Shown in pieces: positions 48,824 through 63,568 of a stretch of 64,000 nt of DNA. Below the pieces are notes generated by a model. The model searched no databases and was not told the DNA's origin. It worked only from the letters and a program-made list of their open reading frames with translations. How positions within the stretch are numbered: the stretch's first letter is position 1; each line of letters starts with the position of its first letter. The position numbers and the translations under genes are program-made. Location of the stretch: contig OZ234493.1 in NCBI GenBank assembly GCA_965153455.1, positions 20,760,213-20,824,212 of the forward strand, written 5' to 3'. Origin of the DNA: Sphagnum compactum. Taxonomy: Eukaryota.

Positions 48824-51800
48824 CAAAGTATTCACAGAAGAAGTTGAAGGAGGTGGAAGCTTCCATTTTTGTGGTGCAGTAAGGTAAAAAAAATAATGAA
48901 GATGTCAAATGTGTGGGCTCATAGCCAAATGGAAGACCGCAATAATATGCTACTTGAAGCCAAACATGGATTAGCTACATGCATTGCAAAATTAGAATGT
49001 TTGGGTGCAAATGAGTTTGTAGAGGTGAAAGTAGAAGCGCAAAGGCAATAGATGGTCAAAGGGGTGTGGTGCAAATGTTTAAGACACTTGCCAATGCATG
49101 GAATGCAGAGTATGAACATGTGTCAAAATTGTTAGATGGAGAAGCAAGCAAAATTCACAAAATAAAAAAATAAATTGAATTTTGCATAACAGCATCAAAA
49201 TGGAGTGGGAACACTTGTCAAAAAGTTCCAGAATGGTTTGTTGAAATCATCATTGAACAGCCCTATTCCTTCCCAACTTGCAACCACAATTGATGAAATT
49301 GATCTCTAATATTACCTTTGGGTAGGTGGTTGTTCATTTTGTGGTGTTTCCTTTGGGCTAGTTTGGGTAGGGAAGTTAGCATCTTGCAAACCCTTGTGTG
49401 CAATAGTCCACTTCAACACATCCACAAAATGTGTAGTGTGTATAAAAAAACCAAGGCCTACTTATGCAAAGATTGGAGGTCAAAAACACATTGACATCTA
49501 TGGAGTGGCCAGCAAGCCAGGTGCATTTGATTCTCACCAACTTGTACATTACAATAGAAATTTTTCAATGTCAGATGATAGCAATCTCTACTTGTCACTC
49601 GATGGAGATTGAATTGAAGTTGCATTCAAGTTAGGTCCTTTTTTGGTGAAATTTGGGTCATTAAGGTGTATAATAGTCACTATAAAAGTCAAATGACTTT
49701 GTTGTTGTCAATGTGTCCAGTGTGTAAATAATGTTTGTCTTGTTATGTTGTGTCCATACACTTACATATACTTACACTTTGCATGTACTAATGTGTTGCT
49801 GGATTGATTTCAGAGTGCTTTCATAGTCTATATGAGTACACAATTTTTTTTAGACATTGGTTTTTGACTTCTTTTACATATGCAAGTATTGAGTCTAAAT
49901 ATATTAATTTGTTGCTAGATGGATTGTAGAGTGTTGTGACAGTTTGTGTGGGTACATTATCTCTATAGATAGTGAGATTGACTTATTGTATATGTATGCT
50001 TATGGAGTTTGGATACACTAATGTGTTGATGGATGTACTTCAAAAGGCTTGAAAGTCTATGTGAGTACATAACATTTACACACATAATGACTATTGACTT
50101 GATGTATATATTATTTATGGAGACTAAATGTACTTTTGTGTCAACAGATGGACTGCAAAGTGTTTTCATCATCTATGTGAATACATTAGTCATAATATAT
50201 ATATATTCAAGTGACTTGTATATGTATGCTTATGGAGTTTGAATGCAGTATTGTTCCAATGGATGGATTACAGAATGTTTTCAGAGTCCATGTGAATACA
50301 TATTCTCCACATGTAATTATTCTTGATATATTATTCACATGTTTAAGGAGTTTGAATGGAGTTTCAACAGGTCTTTAATCCTTAATTGTACATAAAACAA
50401 CATGTATAACTTGTACTTCTTGTAACTTAAGTGTGTAATTTGTAACTTTTATTGTATCCATGAATTGCATATTAACTCTGCTTAAGTTTGATGATCTGTG
50501 TTCTTATTTTGTGCAAGATTTTCTTCCATAGATTAGTAAGAATGTCCTTCAATCTCAATCACCAATACACATATGCTAGGGAGAAAAGTTATACAAATTC
50601 AGCATCCAAGTGCAAGCAAGACTTACATTATAGATGTCAGTCCAAATGTTAGTAGCATTCATGTGAATGCTTTGCCCAATAAAGGGGCAACAAATTCCAA
50701 GGTCAATACTCCAAGTAAACTAAAAGTTGGCCAAGAGACAACATGTTATGTTCAAAAGGAGGAAACTAAGCAATGTGGAAGAATTTCCAATGCAAAGAAA
50801 GTTTTGTTGAAACCTCTTAAAGAATTTGATAATAGAACCAATAGATAAGATGTTGATGGAGATGGTGAACCTGAATGGTCAAAATCAAGTGAGTATGAAG
50901 AGGAGGAGGAGGACAATCTAGAAGGTAATGAAGATGTTCATAAACTAGCTTTTTAAAAAAGAAAAGGTTACGTTGTTTGCAAGCAAATGACTTCTTCAAA
51001 AGGCAAACAGAGGATTGAAAAATTGGGATCACTATCAAAGAAGGGACCCAACCCTAAGAAGCCCATCAATTAGAGGGTTTCTAATGCAAGGACTACTCGA
51101 GCTACACATATTCACACTTGAAGCAACAAAGGAAATAAGTCTTACGACTGAAAAATTGTAAATTGAAACTTGTTCATTGCAAAATTGAGTTTGGTTGGTC
51201 ACATAAACCTGCCACCACCGCCTGAGTAGGTGGTTACAAAGTAAGGTGCACCAATTCCAATAGATAAATAGTCCATAAAAAGTCCATTCAGTAGTGTTAA
51301 AATTGTAGTCTACTATGATATCATTGTGTAAATGGGGGACTAAATGTGGTTAAGGAGATAATAAAGATTATGTGAATAGAAGCCCAACTACATAACTTTT
51401 TAACATGAATGTTAAAGAAAAAAAAGTTTGAAATCCATCAAAAAATGAATATGATATGGACTTTTGAAAATAAGGTCCATTTTAAGACATTTAAAAGTTC
51501 ATATTTTCTTTCGGGTTAAAGTTTTTCTAACAATTTTTTTACATCTAGGTCACCTTTTCTTTAATATATCATATATTGAGTCCCTATAAAATAACATAAA
51601 CAAAATTCATAAATAAAAATTTATTTGTATTAAACCACATACAAAAGACCAATCGATATTTTTCTACTTCAAAACTTCAATACTATATATTTGAAGAATA
51701 CATGTTATATTTTTTTATGTAGATGTTTTCTTATTCAAGTTGAAAATCTTAATTCAATGGAAAATTTGGCATAATGATGATTTTATGGCATGTTAATGAC

Positions 51801-54694
51801 ATGTTAATGCATGACACTCTACAAAAACCTATAATGTGATGCAAAAAATGGTCCACCTTAGCTTGCACCCACCCAAGCAATAAGCATGAGTCATAGTAGT
51901 GACTACCATGACTACAATCACTACATCAAGAGGCTCAAAATCACCTGAAACTATGAAAGCAGTTGACATAAAAGCGGGGAAGTTTAGAAAGCCTAGCCAA
52001 TATTTAAACTCCTTGTGAGACAAAAAGCACAACAACTAAATAACAAGAAAGCTGAGGCAAACAAAAAGTGTCTAGTTTCTTACATGCCATATGATTAATA
52101 ATAATGTTAGAAAGTTAAGGCTAGGCATGGCCACAAAACTTACACAAGTCTCTTATCGCTAACATGTTACATATTGCATAAACTAACACAAACATGTCTA
52201 TGAAATTGAGGCTAACCATTGCATCCATTCCAACATAAACAAAATGAACACAACAAAATAACTTGTGAATGTTGACAAAGTATTAGACATCACCTTTTGT
52301 CACAAATGGTAGTGACTAACTACCATTACTTTCCACTAATTTCATCAACTACCAATTGTAGGTGTATATATGCTCCATAATAATTTACATATTGGGCAAT
52401 ACAAAAGTCTATATCTTGAGTTTTTTTTGCATTTTCAGATTCAATGGGAAGACTGGTCATGATGGCAAGTTCCCACTCAAAAAACATAGCATTAAAAAAG
52501 GCAACAATATACTCATTCAAGTTGCAACAAGCCATCGAGGGTAAGCTTTAGGGCAAGCTTCATTCCATTTTAGCTTGCCCCTATGCAGGCAAACATTTAA
52601 CCTTAAGGCATAAGGGAAATACTAAGCATATTTATAGGACATTAGTGGCATGGAAATGTGGCAAAAGCTCATTCACAAGGTAATAAGTAGTAAGATCGAA
52701 CTACCTTTCAGACAATATGTGTTGCTAAGTGCTTCAAGGGGACAATAAGAATCACTGGTAGTTGAGTAGGTCGATCAACATCCTCATCTCCCTCATCTTC
52801 TTTAGGTTGTAGATAGGCCTCAAGTAAAAGTAGATAGTTAGCAATAGAGCTTGGATAGTAGTTGCTCCCAAGATTCTAATCCTAAATGCCGATAATAGAA
52901 GCTTTAATTCAATCTCATATGTCTTCACATGAATATTTGTCGTTTTCTCCCACAATGCAACCCATCTTGCATTCCACCTATCTGGATCTATTACTTCCTT
53001 ATAGTATGCAACATTTTCACTCCATTCCTTACAAGCATACCATATCAAATGTCAAAAAAATAGTATTTTGTTAGCATTGTTGAATTTTCTACGCAAATTA
53101 TCATTAATATGAAGACTACATTGTGGAAAAAACCACCTCTTATTGTAAACAGTCAATCATTAACACATGGATGTGTAGACTATTGGAGCACCTAGTTGAT
53201 CATGTAGCCATTAATACTACTACATATGTATGCTTTGTTGTATTATGAAAGTTGGAATGGCTCACAAATCAAGTCATATATAGATTTTTTGATGTTTGTT
53301 ACTAGGATAACCATAGTATTTCTAAATATTTGTGTGATGAGTTTCTATCACATTTCCAAATGCAACAAGAAAAACTTAGTGTCATGATGTTGGCTAGGAT
53401 TCAAGAGACATGGCCTTGTAGTAACATGTCCAATTGTGACAATTTATTTGGCATCCTTGTGATTATTAATCTTGAAAGGAAGAAAAGGAACAATGGATTA
53501 AGTACTACAAATCTTCAAAAAATCTAATTGAAACACATGCATAATAGATGAAATGAAATTGAATTATGCAAGGATGCTAAATCATAAGACTCACTATGCC
53601 ACCAATATGAAGGACTTGATCAAATGATGCCACAATTAGATAGGCACTAGAATAATCCAAAAAACATTTGGTGATTGATTGTCAGATTTGAGAAGAAAAA
53701 ACTAATATTAAGGTTTGGTGTACACTAAGACTTCTTGTAGCAAAATTCCATGCACCGTGCCTACAAGCCCTATTCTTTCTTTGTGCTTTAGAAAAATAAA
53801 ATATAAGGGGGAAGAAAACAAAATTATCCAAATGGAAGCCACATCCCAAACTTCCAAAAAAGATCAATACTTCAAAATCTATAACTTATCCATTTCTTCC
53901 TGATTGAATGAGAATTAGTAGATCTTCCCACCAAATCTTTGCTTGGTTGCATACAAGTACCTAACAAAAGAACAAAGATCACACAATTGTCAATTTACCA
54001 AAGTTGCAAATAAGCAACGAGGATAATGTTATTACTTATTATTTTGACGCAGTAATAGGTGTTTAGGTGAGTGAAGGATGATTAGGCAAATATGAAATGG
54101 CTGGTGTAGTCACAACCGTAGCCGAAATAGCAATAAGAATGGAAAAAGAATGTATATAATGAATTGAAAGAAACTTCAAAAGAGCTTTTATCTAATAGCT
54201 AAATTACCAATGCCAGCCCCCCCATTGCATGCGTGATCTGTTTTTTTCATTCTTGTTCATGCCTACCTACAAAACCTTAAACCTTAGGGCTAGGAAAAAA
54301 ATTGAAACCTTAAAATTTTGGAAAACATTCACCAGTGCAAGGTCATAAAAACCAATGGTCATCTGGTTCCGGGGTTGAACTTGGATCCGAGATAAGGGCA
54401 GGTCCTAGGGTAAGATTTAAGTTCGAGTATTTGAATAGAGGTTAGGGTTAGGGTAGGGTATGTATAATCAGAATTGGAACTGCTGGTTATTACCTAGATT
54501 TCTGGGCAACCACCCGCCACTAGTTAGGACCTTGAAGACAGCTTCAATCATGAATCTTTGAATGTGCTTCGAAAATGATTAAACGACATGTTGGACCAAC
54601 AAGCAATGGGCAAGGAAAATCTACCCCTTGTTCATGAATCATAGACCATAAGAAAACCACCATAAGTAAATTGAATCCTTATAGCAAGTATGAG

Positions 54695-55800
54695 CTCGAC
54701 ATGTGGACAGATGAAGCATTGGAAGCATCAATAGATGTTATTGAAAGAGGGACATGTTCCTTAAGGAGGGCTAGAAGGTCATGGAACATTCCTTTGAACT
54801 CACTTTTTGACCACTTGAATAGAAAAGGGTCTAGGAAGATGGGACTAGGAGGTGTGCTTGATCAAGTAAACTTTAGATATGCAAGAATGTGGATTGTCCA
54901 TAACCTTACAACAACTAAAGATGAAGATTGCATAGCCAACACAAATAAGGGATACACCATTCCGAGATGGAATACTAAGAATAGTTAGTGGTATTGGTTC
55001 AAACAAAGACACCAAGAGGTGAACATTTGATAAACATAAGGCTAGAAGTCTATATAGCACAGGGATTAACACCCATTTCTTGCAATTCATTTTACGCCAA
55101 CCTACAATCATTATATAACTAACACAATTACATGATAAATCATGTATGGAATTCAAATGAAATAGGCATTCAAGCCGGTAGATAATTTAGAACAAAGGTT
55201 TTAGCTAGGAAAACATCAAATGGTGTATATAACACCATCCCTAAGTCTCAAAAGTGGTTAATTATAAACTATGCAATAAATGTTGTAAGAGGTGTTTTAC
55301 CAGGGTTTTACATTTTCAAAAGTGAAAGACTACAAAATGATTACATCAAACTTTGCAAACAAAGAACTTGCATGTCAATGCAAAAGAAAGCTAGGATGAC
55401 TTCTTTTTTGTTCAAAAAGTTCTTAGTTTCCTTCAAGAAGTATGTTCTAAGTGGAATGGCAATTGTTAGTTTTGAATTGGCATGGTAATCATGTTATTGT
55501 AGAAACAATAGAACAAGCACAAGAGATTGGGTTAAACATGATTAACTTACTATTTCGTACATGACATGTTCTACATACATTAGACGTGTCTTGTTTCAAG
55601 CCATAGAAAATAACATTTAGAAAGGTCAAGGATGTAGTTAGTGTAAAAGCAATCACATGGAACCAAATTAGATCATGCTTGCTAGATGGGTAGATTAGGC
55701 CATAGGTCAATCACTCAAAAAAAAACCATCAAGGTTAGGTTCAACGTTACAAGTATTTGTCTTTTGAACCCCAAGGCAATGGACAAAAAAATTCGAACCT
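54695..55800 (+). mobile_element. Decayed pogo/Fot1-like (HTH_psq + DDE_1) transposase
   Basis: WTDEALEASIDVIERG..SLRRARRSWNIPLNSLFDHLN (psq HTH); downstream relics VWNSNEIG (IWNxDETG), LVLNWHGNH (LILDGHxSH), HVLHTLDVSCFKP (HxLQPLDVxxFKP); frameshifts and stops. Confidence 0.75.
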
Positions 55801-58236
55801 TAGAAATTTACATTGTAGCAAGTATTAACAGCCATGGAAATGATCAAGAGGAATACAAATCAGATGAAGAAACAGATCACAATCAAGGTCAACAATGGAT
55901 GGAGGAATCTACTGCTACAGAACTTCTCCATATAATTAAAACAATAGTCCATCAAACAACACATGAAGATCATCCTACCAACAAGTTAGAAATTGATCAA
56001 CATTATTATGTAAACATGCCTCAAAACCCTATTGTGATAGAATATCAATTAAAAGAGACTGTAAACCTAAATGAAGTTATTCTTGAATTGGTTAGGAAAC
56101 ATAGAATCCTCCAAATTCGACCTACGAAGCCATGAAGTTGCGCAACTTGCTCTCACCACCTCATTTACTTGCAAGACACACAAAATGTAAAAAGAGCCAT
56201 TAGTTGACTATTTTCAACCACATGTTATGACTTCTATTAAATACCTAAATATTCAGAGGAAAAATATTTTAGACAAGGTAATTAAAGAAGGAAAAATAAA
56301 AAACAAGCTAAAATAACAACAAATTTGCTAATTGTAGGACATAGAGTAATTATCAGAATTGTTAAAAAGTGCATTGTAACACAATTTACTATAGCTTGGA
56401 CTTCAATAACTATCAAAGAGGTCTATCATAGAGTTCACCAAAACTTTCAAATAGGCTTACAAACAGATTCGCACAATTACATGGGTGTTAATCTTGGATG
56501 CATAACTTGGGTTCAACAAAAGGCTAAGTATTGGGCACAACTAAGCAACAAACAAGAGAGTGTTGAGTAACAAGGTTGCTACCTTCTTATGATTAAATAT
56601 GAGAAATACATATGGTCACCACTAAGACTAACACTAAAGGAAAACATGATCTAGGATCACCAGAGCTAGAACCAAAATATAACCACCTCAAGAACATGAA
56701 AAAAAATCATGAAGGCCAACATGGACTTCAAGAACACAAAAAACACCACCAAAATGTTGAAACACCTTGGAAACACCTAGAAGACCAAAAGACCAAAATA
56801 AATTACATCAATAGTGGAGCTTTGAACTCAGAGTTTCAAAAACATGTCTAGACTATCATAATACGTTATAGTAACATTAGAACTTTGAGGTTAGAACATG
56901 TTTAGAAGACCATTGCAAGTTACACAATGATGAAACTTCGAAGTGAAAGTTTCAAGAACATGCCCATAAAACCATTGAAGGTCACAACAATGATGATATT
57001 TTGAAGTGAAAGTTTCAAGAACATGTCCATACAACTAGAATAGTCTACAGCAATGGGCATGCAGCTTAGGTGTGTATCTTCTTGGTGATGCAAACTCACC
57101 TTTTCCTAGTGAGATGTTCCTAGTGACGCACATTTTCTTCATGATGTTCTCTTCTTCTTGAGGACACATTGCTTGCTTGTGATGTGCTTCTTCTTGTGAC
57201 ACACACAACAAACCCACCTCTTTATGGTGATGACCTTGTTTCAAGCCACATATATGACTATCACTTCCTTGTGACAAACATCCAAGAAAACCAATGCTTC
57301 TTCTCGCTTCTTCTTGATGACGAATTTCCAAAAGAATCAACACTTCGTAATGATGAACATCAAAGAAAACCAACACCCACATGTCATGTCTCTTCCTGGT
57401 AACGAATGTCCAAGAAAACTCATGCCCACAAACCTATGACTAGTTTGGGGAACGAGGTTTTCAAAACCCATTACCTTTGATTTTTAGCCCTAGTTTTTGT
57501 GAAAATCCTAGCCACATGTTCAACATTGAATGGTCATTTTGAAAATAATGGTTGTTGAGACTTTCATCTATTCTAATGACGAGGATAGAAGATGTCCATC
57601 AATGAGGATATCATTGTTTGGTTTTAGGTGAGCAAGCAAACTCTCATGGGCTCTCATGTGTTTGAAGCCTTTTTTTTCTCTCATTTTTTATCACCAGATC
57701 TTTAGAGGGGCATACCTTGCTCAATTTTGACTTGATTTAAGCGACTTCAAGGACACTGGGTGCACCCTCTATTCGTCCACACTTTATCTTCAGACACCAA
57801 AAACAAAGGAGGCAGATTGAAAGATCTAGAGCTGACTGACACACTTAGTGTTCAGTCACCAGCCTGTTTACCCTAATCCTGCAATTGCACTAATTTACTT
57901 TTCACCTTTTAGGACATGTGGCCAACTTATAGCTAGTGTAAATCAAAAGGTTAAAATTATTATTTTTCAAAACAAGTGATGTCATTCGTCCACATACTTG
58001 GCTTTGAATATTTCATCAAAATTTCATCCCCCCCCTCCCCCTCAACCTTAATCTCTATCTCTTACATACATTAGCTTTCTATCCATAGCGTGCAAAAACC
58101 TTCGTCTTTCTTTTGTGTCATCCGTCTATCCTCATCATTCACATTTCATCTAAAGCGGAAGACAAGAAGTCATGGCTGGCTGTCGCCATGACATGTTCAC
58201 ATTTTTGGGCTGACCGATTATGCTGATGAAAGATTG

Positions 58237-58500
58237 GAGGTCACACTATGCCCATACCCGTCACTTGTTATGTGACCTTCAATTCTCATGAGGTTGCACA
58301 AACCTTTTTGTGCTGATACCATCAATTTGTTATGTGACCTTCAATTCTCATTCATGTGAGGTCACACAAAAAAACCTTTTTATGCTGATACCGTCAATTG
58401 TTATGTGACCTTGGATTCTCATTCATGTGAGGTCACACAACTTTTTGTGCCCATACAGTCAACTGCTACGTGACCTTCAAATCTCGCTGAGGTCAAAACT
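58237..58500. repeat. About four imperfect 60-75-bp tandem units, each with an internal inverted repeat
   Basis: GTTATGTGACCTT...GAGGTCACAC repeated. Confidence 0.75.
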
Positions 58501-61244
58501 TTATCAAGGCATGTTATACATAAGCAAGCAAACCAATTGGGGACTTGACACAAATTGTGGTTTTAACGAACTATTTACATTCTCAAAAATTAAGGGGCTT
58601 AGGATGAAGTGGTAACTTTTTTTTGAAAAATAGGAAGGAAAAGCATAACAAATTACTAGATCAGTTAGCCTAATGGTCAAACTTTTTTTTCTTTTAACCT
58701 AATGAATTGAAAAATACGTGCATGGTTTGAATGAACAAACTTCTTAAAGAAAGCCCATCTCTCACTCGCTCAAGTTTGAGACTCAATGTTTTTGTTTTCA
58801 ATTTTTGATTTCACAAAAGTGGCAATTTTTTTGGGCTGAAAAGACACGTTTTATGCCAAAGGAAAAGAAAGTTTTAAAATTGGGAAAACATGAGCTTCGC
58901 AATGTTTTTTTGCAAGAATTCACAAAAATTGCAAAATTCTGCCACAAAAAATAGAATAAAAATCCTTGAAGAAGATTTAAACTTTAAAATAAACTTAGAC
59001 TTACATGGAGAGTGCAGAAGACAAGTGTGATTCTCGAGGGTGATTTGTAGACCACCCACAAGTTTTTACTTCATTCTTTTCACTTAAAACTTTCATGGAG
59101 AGTGCAAAATTAAGAAAAGTGTGATTCTTGAGGGTGATTCTATGCCACCCACAAGTTCACCTCATGTACGTCATAAAGAGATGTTTGCATACGTAATAAA
59201 ATGGGCTTTGGCATACGTCATAAGAAGTTTCTTCAGTTTTTGATGATCACATGTGCTTTCTTTCTTTGTCCTTTATGAGAAATGAAAGGATTGAAAGTCA
59301 TGGTGGCTCAAAATTCTTTAGAACCCACAAAAGAAAAAAGAAAAGTCGACATTATTTTATTATTTTATAGTACCAAAAAAAAAAATAGTAGTTTGTAGTT
59401 GACTGAAATATCACCCTTCTTACCTTGTGTGAGTGAGCCTTCATGAGGAAGAGAGTTAGTTCCAGAGACAAAATTGACAAATGAAAAAAAATGAAAGATG
59501 AAAACACACACACAAGCACTTGTTAACAAAATTGTTGACACTCAATGAAACCAAATCTATATAATGAAATTGCATCAAGAATTTCAAATGAATGTCAATC
59601 CCCACATCAACAACAATTAGCCATACTTTCCATCACTTTTGGTGGGGTGTGTGTGCATGAGAACTCCTTCCCCTCCCACTCCACTTTTTTTAAGAAAGCA
59701 TTGGGCAACAAACAGCCCAACAATCCATACACATAAGAAGAATAATGTTAAAAAATCTCTTCACCTTTAGATTTATTTTTTTCTTGAAAGAAACAAATTG
59801 GATAAGTATCTGGATTCTTATGTGCATACATGTGCTTACGTGTGTTGTACATCCGTATGGCCAATTGGAATGAAAAAAGCACCAAAGGTATTAAATAAGT
59901 ATAAATTGTTCCAAACATGCAGGTTGTTCAACAAACCAACCGACATCAAAGATAACTTCTATGATTCAAAACACCAAAACTGACCCTACTCAAACATCAA
60001 CATTGTAATCAACACACACCCAATTCAAGACATAAAACATTCAAACCACTCTTTCTCAAAGAGGGACATTGTGTTAAACAAACACCCAACTCAAGAGTAA
60101 CAACACCAAAACCAACCCTACTACTCAAAGAGGGACATCCTTTGCAACAAACACCCAACTCAAGATTAATGACTCCAAAACCAACCCTACTTGGAGAGGG
60201 ACATTGTCTTCAACAAACACCCAACTCAAGATTAACGACACCAAAACCACCCATACTCAAAGGGGACATCATTTGCAACAAACACCCATACGCCCAACTC
60301 AAGATTAACAATATCAATGCATCAAAACACATGCAAAGTTGACAATACTTGAAAGTCAGGTAAAAAAACCAGGTAAACGACTAAGTAGGCTAACAAGAAC
60401 CCGCACCCACAATTCAGCAAACCCATATGAAGCTGTAGTCTAAAAGAGTTGCTTAAAAAGGATTTTTTTCACTCAATAATTGGGAAAACCTGCCCTCTAA
60501 AATTCTTATCCCAAAACAGCTAACTCACACAAGCCATGGCATGTATGCATATCGATTAAATGGGTCACTTTACAAGAGAGTTTTATGCCTTGCATACATA
60601 CAATCTTTACAAACATTTGAAGTTCTCAAAAGATGTCACCACCCACTCCCTTCTCTTCTTTATGAATTGCAGGAAATGGGTTTGTTGGTCAGGCATTGGA
60701 ACACTGCATTACAGAAAGAAGATATGATTCTGACTCTCAAATCCTAACCCTAAACTCCCCCTCTTCAAAGAGAGGGAAACCGACTCCACTCTACTCTACT
60801 CTACTAGCATCTTTTCTAATCATTCCCATCTAGTCCCAACTGCCCATTTTATGGTAAAGTTTTCACTCACAACCTGTTCTGAAGACCTACTTTTTTTCTT
60901 TGCAATTTATACAAGAGACTAAAAAACATGTGACTACAAGCTGCTGCCTTCTGTGCCCTAATTACAATCGCCATGTCCACCCTCACAATCCTTCAACATC
61001 ATGCCGCTCCCATCAATTACAGTGGTGTTGTGGTGGTAATATTTAGTCGTGCACTTTGTAAAAAACAGGGGAAGCGAATCTGGATTGTTCACTGCTGTGG
61101 CTTTCGAATCCTTCGACACGCCATTCTTTTTTATAAAATTGAAAAACAGAACTAACCCAAAGCAAATTGATTTCATAATCCACCACCAGCCACACTAATA
61201 ATAAATTCCCCCCTTTCTTTTTCCTCCTGCTTCCTTCATTATCC

Positions 61245-63568
61245 CTACTCTCGGGGTCGTGCAGACCACAGGGAGCTGAGTGCTCGCAAACGCGCAAAGT
61301 AATCACCCATTGCAAGAAGACCTCGCGCTGCTTGACGGGTTGTCAAGATCCGATGCATTTGTTGCAAAGCCTGCTGCCGCAAATTATCCGCCTACCATCA
61401 TGGCGAGCCCCACCCCAAGCTCAACAGAGTCATTCACAGTAGGAAGAAAAGAAGGGGAACAAAAGAGAGAAGAGCCAAAACAAGGATCTCTTTCCTTCAA
61501 GAGAACCATGAACTGCAAAGGGCATAAAACAATGGATCTATTTCCTTCAAGAGAACCATGAGCTGCAAAGGGCAATTTCATTGATTGTTATATAACTACC
61601 TGTCGCACAAAAGACTCAAGTGTGCCCAGTTTACCCATCGCCATTGCCATCTGGCCCATGTAATTTGCCACATTGGGTGATGAGCCCAACAAGCCGCCAG
61701 CAACCGTATCTGCAAGTGATTGCTGTAAAGCTTCCATTCCTTGTGAAAGTGCATCCTCTGCCTGCTGTGATGACTGTTGCAAGTTACAGATTCCAAGTAG
61801 TTGTTGCTCTGTCAATGGCTCAATTTGTGGTATCAAAATCTGCAGACTCCCAAAAAAAAACCCAAAACCCAATTTGCTTTCTGAAAAAATGAAATTGTAT
61901 TATGTAATTTTTGTTACAGCTACTTACAGTTGAAAAAACGAACTAGGTACCTACCTGCTTTTCTTCCACCTTGCTTGGTGGTCAGGCTACGACAAGTAAG
62001 ACAAGACAAAATTTGGAGCTGGAAAAAAATTAGCACTAAATTATGCTTGTAATCAGCAGCATTCAGCAACCATTTTTGAATTTTTTCTTGTAATGCACCT
62101 TGAGGAGTTCAGAAGGTCGAAAGCCACCCATCCACATAAAGCAGCGCTCAGCTGGTGTTCGCCACATTCCTGATACCAGGTGGAACACATCTGCTTTAGC
62201 AGCAACAGCCTTGAGGCGGAAGATATCATCATAATGTGCCATTCCCCCATCTACGAGCAAGCGTAACTCATTGTCAGCCACATGCGCGTGCAATGCTGCA
62301 CGAAGCTCACACATCTGTCGATGTTGCTCTTCCACCCATCTTCCATATTCCATATCGAAAGCAGCCGCTCCTGCCCACATAACCCATCACAAATACTTGA
62401 GATTTATAATGCGCGCCTTGACTGTCGCCATGCATGCAAGGGAAATGTACATTCAATTACACAACTGTGCAAAACACAGGAATCTCATACAAAGATCATA
62501 AAAAGTGGGTAACTCAAATGTACCTGGATTCAATGTGGTGACATTCACACCATTCGTGCCACCACCAGAATGAGGATTCTGATCAATACCATACCCAGCC
62601 CCACCCATGTAAAGACCCTGAAGCCACAAAACCTCCAGGGGTGGCTTTTCTCTTCTCAGACTCAAAAATACCTTGGAAAGAAGGGACTTATGGAAACAAA
62701 TAGGGCATTACTACACCTCCTCCACAGAGTAGAGAATTGTGAAAGATGGAGAAAAACTCACTTGCTGCCGAGCTCTTTGAAGCTCCTGCTCAAGTTGATT
62801 CAACTTGATTCGGCTTGATTCAAGTTGTTGTACATATGCCTAACTCACCCACGAAGAACAACTCCCCATGTTTGTCAATTCCCATAATCTTGATCCATGA
62901 AATGAACACATGATTTTTATTTTTTTCGCTGTGAATTAAGTTTCTGAAAACAACGAATTTCACTGTGTTGTGGTGGAACATGGGAATTGGAAGAAATAAT
63001 AATAGTAATAATAATCACCTTCTTTCGAAGCCGACTTTTGCGTGCAGCTTCACGATTTTGAGCAAGCCGTCTGAGAGCCTGCACACCAAGAACAACATAG
63101 AATTACAAAGAGCTTCAGAAGTGGCTCCATTTCAAACTAGCACACACAAATTACATAACAGATAGCAGAATTCTCAGCTTCCTGCCCCTGTGCATAGAGA
63201 AATGGGAGGGATGGAAAATGTTGATTGCCAAACCTTGGAGTCACCATTCCTTGTTGCTTCCTGGTCAGATGTAGTTGAAACAACTGTTGCACCATGATGT
63301 CCATCATCTAGCTGCAACACAACAATCCAAAAACCAATCAATGGAATGGAAAATAAGCAAGCAAATACTTTTGTGACAGAACCCAATATGGTGAGTGACT
63401 AAATGAATTTGCACAACTTGAAATGACATAATTTTGCAAGAGAAAAGCAGGGAAAAAAAAGAGAAAAAAGGATAGTAGATAGAGAACTTCTCATATTACC
63501 CAGTTGTCTACCTTCGCATCAGCCTCCAAGTCAGTAGAAGTATCTGTTCTAGGACTGTTGTCTGCCAT
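61245..63568 (-). CDS. TGA: TGA-family bZIP transcription factor with DOG1 domain; exons 63568-63512, 63311-63234, 63078-63019, 62839-62762, 62617-62524, 62370-62099, 61839-61600, 61391-61245 (N-terminus may extend upstream)
   Basis: MADNSPRTDTSTD..., ALRRLAQNREAARKSRLRKK|AYVQQLESSRIKLNQLEQELQRARQQ, AFDMEYGRW, KADVFHLVSGMWRTPAERCFMWMGGFRPSELLK, ADNLRQQ...RLRALSSLWSARPRE*; all exon phases are consistent. Confidence 0.97.

Larger units (their letters stand above)
41890..53050. mobile_element. Large decayed element hosting the LTR insertion: ORF relics at 41.9-42.4 kb, coiled-coil/RING-like relic at 48.8-49.6 kb, Ulp1-protease-like relic at ~52.2-52.55 kb (minus); boundaries undefined
   Basis: Cys pattern GCSFCG...LASCK...STKCVVC; LNEYIVAFF...FF and ISGK*W*LV resemble the Ulp1 LNDxIIxFY and HW motifs; many stops. 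Confidence 0.35.
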
